Assembly (NCBI GenBank): GCA_963664815.2
Contig: CAXXHB010000003.1
Span: 1,216,001-1,280,000, forward strand
Reading direction: 5' to 3'
DNA: 64,000 nucleotides
DNA from: Spirochaetota bacterium
GTDB lineage: Bacteria > Spirochaetota > UBA4802 > UBA5550
Positions 60,701 through 64,000 of this stretch are shown here, one piece after another. Numbering within the stretch: the stretch's first letter is position 1; each line of letters begins with the position of its first letter. Below the pieces are notes generated by a model. It was given only the letters and a program-made list of their open reading frames with translations, was not told the origin of the DNA and did not search any database. Position numbers and translations under genes: made by a program.

Positions 60701-61988
60701 TGGTTAATTCCCTGATTATTCTTTCCGCGCATTTATAGCCTGTCGATACTGCAACGCCACCTCCGCTTCCCTCGCTTACCGGGTTGTATCCTGAAAGAAC
60801 CGATCCCGCGCAGAATAAATTTTTTATTGCTCTGCCGTTTTCAGAAAATGGGTTCAACCTGCTGTTTGTTTCCACTCCGAAACCGAGGAAGGGCTGACTT
60901 TTACTGTCGAAGAAACTCTCCCTGTACCATTTGCTTCTTTTATTTTCAGCATTGATTTTAAGTCCGAATAATGGTTCGGTTATGCCGTCAAACCCAGAGA
61001 TGAGACCACCTGAAAAAAAACTTCCGGTTGAAAGAACGTAATACTTTGACTGAACAGGAGCATTCCCTGAATTTCTGGTTGTTAGAAACTCAATACGTTC
61101 TTTCTTGACGGAGCTTGCAATGACCCTGTCGCCGGCTATATACTCCCCCCCGTGACTGATAAAACTGTTTTTAAGTGCGTGGTCAATCCTCAGACCGAGG
61201 ATTGATGGTGGCAGGGTTGGTATCTCATAGATGAATTTCCCGGTCATCTCCTCGAGCTTTTTTCTTATAGTTTTATAATTATTTATCCCAATAAAAGCCG
61301 GCAGCGATACGGCAGAAGCTCCTTCAGATGACTTTTTAATTTCTTCAGCTATGCGCGGGAGGTATCTTTCAGATTCAAAAATTCTTGCAATATCAACAGA
61401 CCTGAACTCATGCAGGTTTTTTTCCGTGTTCATGTAATAGGGAAGGGAAATATTCCCCATGATAATCTCAGTATTGCTGAAAATGGAATTCTTTCTCAGA
61501 GTGGCTATGGTCTGCTCCGGGTAGTAATCCCTGAATCCCTTAAAGTTCAGTATTGCAATTTTTTCATGTGAACTTATTATTTCTTTAACCCTGTCGCTGA
61601 AGACACTCTCCTGTGAAAGGTAGGAAGGTTTTAATGTACCGAGTGCCGTTATGCGGAAATGGTTTTGTCTGTTATTATGGTTCAGGGTGATTCCTTCATC
61701 GGAGAGTTTTTCAGCTAAAAAATCAATGCCCGCACGAATTGAAGATATACCTGCCCTGGAATAGGGATGGCCGCCGTTTTCTTTAATGAGCCTTTTCAGG
61801 TATTCGAAAGGTTTTTTTATAACTTCACCTTCTGGTGAATATCCCGCAATATCAATTGATCCGGATGAAAAATGGAGAGAATTCATTCCGCCGGATATTA
61901 TGGCTGTACGGAGATTATGTGACGCGCATTTAATTCCGCATGTAAGGCCTGCAAGTCCGCCTCCTATGATCAGGCAGTCATATATCAC
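60693..61988 (-). CDS. glpB: Anaerobic glycerol-3-phosphate dehydrogenase subunit B
   Basis: IGGGLAG, LHFSSGSID, PTLPPSILGLR, GSFFSGGL. Confidence 0.95.
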   Translation of the reverse strand: MIYDCLIIGGGLAGLTCGIKCASHNLRTAIISGGMNSLHFSSGSIDIAGYSPEGEVIKKPFEYLKRLIKENGGHPYSRAGISSIRAGIDFLAEKLSDEGITLNHNNRQNHFRITALGTLKPSYLSQESVFSDRVKEIISSHEKIAILNFKGFRDYYPEQTIATLRKNSIFSNTEIIMGNISLPYYMNTEKNLHEFRSVDIARIFESERYLPRIAEEIKKSSEGASAVSLPAFIGINNYKTIRKKLEEMTGKFIYEIPTLPPSILGLRIDHALKNSFISHGGEYIAGDRVIASSVKKERIEFLTTRNSGNAPVQSKYYVLSTGSFFSGGLISGFDGITEPLFGLKINAENKRSKWYRESFFDSKSQPFLGFGVETNSRLNPFSENGRAIKNLFCAGSVLSGYNPVSEGSGGGVAVSTGYKCAERIIRELTND

Positions 61989-63645
61989 TTAATTTTCCTC
62001 TTTTATTTTTTGTTTTAATAAACATTTTATTTTCGTCTTTCACGGGGGGCATCCCAAGTAAACTCTGGTATATCCAGTATATGAATTCTGCTTCACGGAG
62101 TCCGTCACCCCATAAAACCGGTTTCATCCCTTTCCATCTCTCCTCAATGAAATCTTTCAGCAGGTAGACTGATTCCTCCGGTGCTGCACCTCCGAACTCA
62201 TGGAAAAGTCCGGCTCCCCTGTAAGCGCATAGTTCCCCCTGGCATGGCCCCATGCCGATTCGTGTTCTCCTTCTTAGATCGACAAGGTCTTTTACATCGA
62301 GATTCTTTATTGCGTATTCTATTTCACCCTCTGTCACCATTTCACATTCACAGATGACACGATAATTCTTCTTTTCTTTTGTCATTATGCTGTGAAGCCT
62401 CTGACCATGTCTGTACAGCGTAGATCCTACGACGGAATCCGGAATACCTGTAAAATCTTTTATACGGGATTTTCTGCTTATTTTTTTTTCTGATCCGGGG
62501 AGTGGGATAAGATGTGTTGAACATTCTTTTTTTAAACCGAGTTTCTCACATGCAAGGTCTGATGTTTTTTCAGCCATAAGCCTGTATGTCATGAGTTTCC
62601 CGCCTGCGATAGTAATCATCCCGTCAAGGCCGTCTCTCTCTTTATGGTCAAGAAGCGCTATACCTCTGCTGATGTTTCTTCCCTGTGTTTCACCTGAAAC
62701 TGCCAGAAGCGGGCGTACTCCGCAGTATGCCCTCATCGCACGCGTATGTCTTATATTCGGAATAAGCATTTCACCATCACGAAGGAGTATAGATATCTCT
62801 TCTTCATCTACGGTGAGTTCATTTATTTTATCATATGATATCTCTTTGGAAGTGGTTCCTATAAGAGAGACTGTATCTCCGGGTACGATAATATCTCCAT
62901 CTGCCGGCGGCCTGCACCTGTTTACAACTATGCTGTTTATTCTGTAATCAATTATCAGCATTGAGCCCTTTGACGGGAACATCTTTATTTCAATTCCGGC
63001 GAGAGCACATAGCTCCTGCCCCCATACGCCTGATGCATTGATGACAAGGTCACTGTAAATCTCGGTTTTATTTCCTTTCTTATCCACGCACTCAACACCT
63101 GTTACAGAAGTGCCGTTCTTCATGATACCGGTAACCATTGTATGTGTAAGAATTATGGTTCCCCTCTCTTTCGCGTCGAGAATATTGGCTGAAGCAAGTC
63201 TGAACGGGTCAATTGTCCCATCAGGAACAATCAGCGCTGAGAGTATGTCAGGATTAAGGTTAGGCTCAATTTCAAGAGCTTTTCTTGTACTTATCTCTTT
63301 CGCATCTATTCCTGCATATTTACATCCCTCGATGAGGCTTCTATGGTAAACGGGATCATCTTCGGGGAGCGTTACATATAAACCCCCTGTATTTTCAATG
63401 CAATGTCCGGCAATTTTTTTAAGGATTTTGTTTTCTCTGATGCATTCTCTTGCCGATTCATGATCTTTAACCGCATATCTTGCGCCTGAATGGAGCAGGC
63501 CATGATTTCTCCCGGTTGTACCCGATGCTATGTCATTTTTTTCTATCAGAACACAGAGCAATCCTCTGATGGATAGATCACGCGCGATTCCTGCGCCAGT
63601 TGCTCCTCCACCGATAATTATCGCATCTGTTTCAAATTTATTCAT
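61978..63645 (-). CDS. glpA: Anaerobic glycerol-3-phosphate dehydrogenase subunit A
   Basis: GRNHGLLHSGARY, GGKLMTYRLMAE, ICECE..RRRTRIGMGPCQG. Confidence 0.97.
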   Translation of the reverse strand: MNKFETDAIIIGGGATGAGIARDLSIRGLLCVLIEKNDIASGTTGRNHGLLHSGARYAVKDHESARECIRENKILKKIAGHCIENTGGLYVTLPEDDPVYHRSLIEGCKYAGIDAKEISTRKALEIEPNLNPDILSALIVPDGTIDPFRLASANILDAKERGTIILTHTMVTGIMKNGTSVTGVECVDKKGNKTEIYSDLVINASGVWGQELCALAGIEIKMFPSKGSMLIIDYRINSIVVNRCRPPADGDIIVPGDTVSLIGTTSKEISYDKINELTVDEEEISILLRDGEMLIPNIRHTRAMRAYCGVRPLLAVSGETQGRNISRGIALLDHKERDGLDGMITIAGGKLMTYRLMAEKTSDLACEKLGLKKECSTHLIPLPGSEKKISRKSRIKDFTGIPDSVVGSTLYRHGQRLHSIMTKEKKNYRVICECEMVTEGEIEYAIKNLDVKDLVDLRRRTRIGMGPCQGELCAYRGAGLFHEFGGAAPEESVYLLKDFIEERWKGMKPVLWGDGLREAEFIYWIYQSLLGMPPVKDENKMFIKTKNKRGKLSDI

Positions 63646-63931
63646 TTTATCAAAATCTCCGGTATTTTTAAAAGCTGAGTCAGAAAACGAAACTAATTAA
63701 AAAACAGGAAGCTGAGGAATGTCAAATATTATATATATACGTTTCAATAAAAAGCAATAGTACAACAGCATCTACATTTAATTTTGAGATGAATAGTCTC
63801 CTGTTGTGTCGTAGGTGTGACAGAAAAGTGTATCATTTTCAATTTTGATCAGGCGAAGGATGTTATGAATATTTTACTAAAAAAATTGACAATTTATTTA
63901 TAATTAACATCGTTGTTACGGCAGGTGAAAT

Positions 63932-64000
63932 ATGACTCTTTTAGATAATATAAATTCCCCTTCGGACCTGAAAAAACTCACTATTGAAGAGATGAATCAG
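63932..64000 (+). CDS. dxs: 1-deoxy-D-xylulose-5-phosphate synthase, N-terminal fragment (runs out of window)
   Basis: MTLLDNINSPSDLKKLTIEEMNQ is a typical Dxs N-terminus; AGGTG RBS. Confidence 0.8.
   Translation, partial: MTLLDNINSPSDLKKLTIEEMNQ

Overview
AT-rich bacterial chromosome segment made almost entirely of core and housekeeping genes. It most likely comes from a Leptospira-related spirochete, probably an anaerobe (inference from a spirochete-type CheY, CheX, adenylate cyclase-FecR pair, glpABC and thyX). Recognisable content: adenylate cyclase plus FecR/Ig/PEGA/beta-propeller partner, dnaE, panC, pcm, rsgA, nrnA, glyQ, hisF, pdxST, ugd, glmS, eda, mreBCD-mrdA-rodA, fliK-flgD-flgE, thyX, cheX, queC, comF, two polyprenyl synthases, bactofilin, tcdA, tatD, glpABC and the start of dxs. 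I saw no rRNA, tRNA, transposase, integrase, cas gene or true CRISPR array. The most striking feature is a frameshift in comF caused by a 34-bp foreign insert between two exact 30-bp copies of the target site (53138-53231). This is the geometry expected from off-target Cas1-Cas2 spacer integration. Other notable items are a TatD that needs a non-canonical start (probably CTG), a CheY with Glu at the phospho-Asp position, an MlaF-like ATPase lacking its catalytic Glu and His, a sigma54-preceded 30-aa hydrophobic peptide, a MITE-like element and a perfect 35-bp palindrome before thyX.
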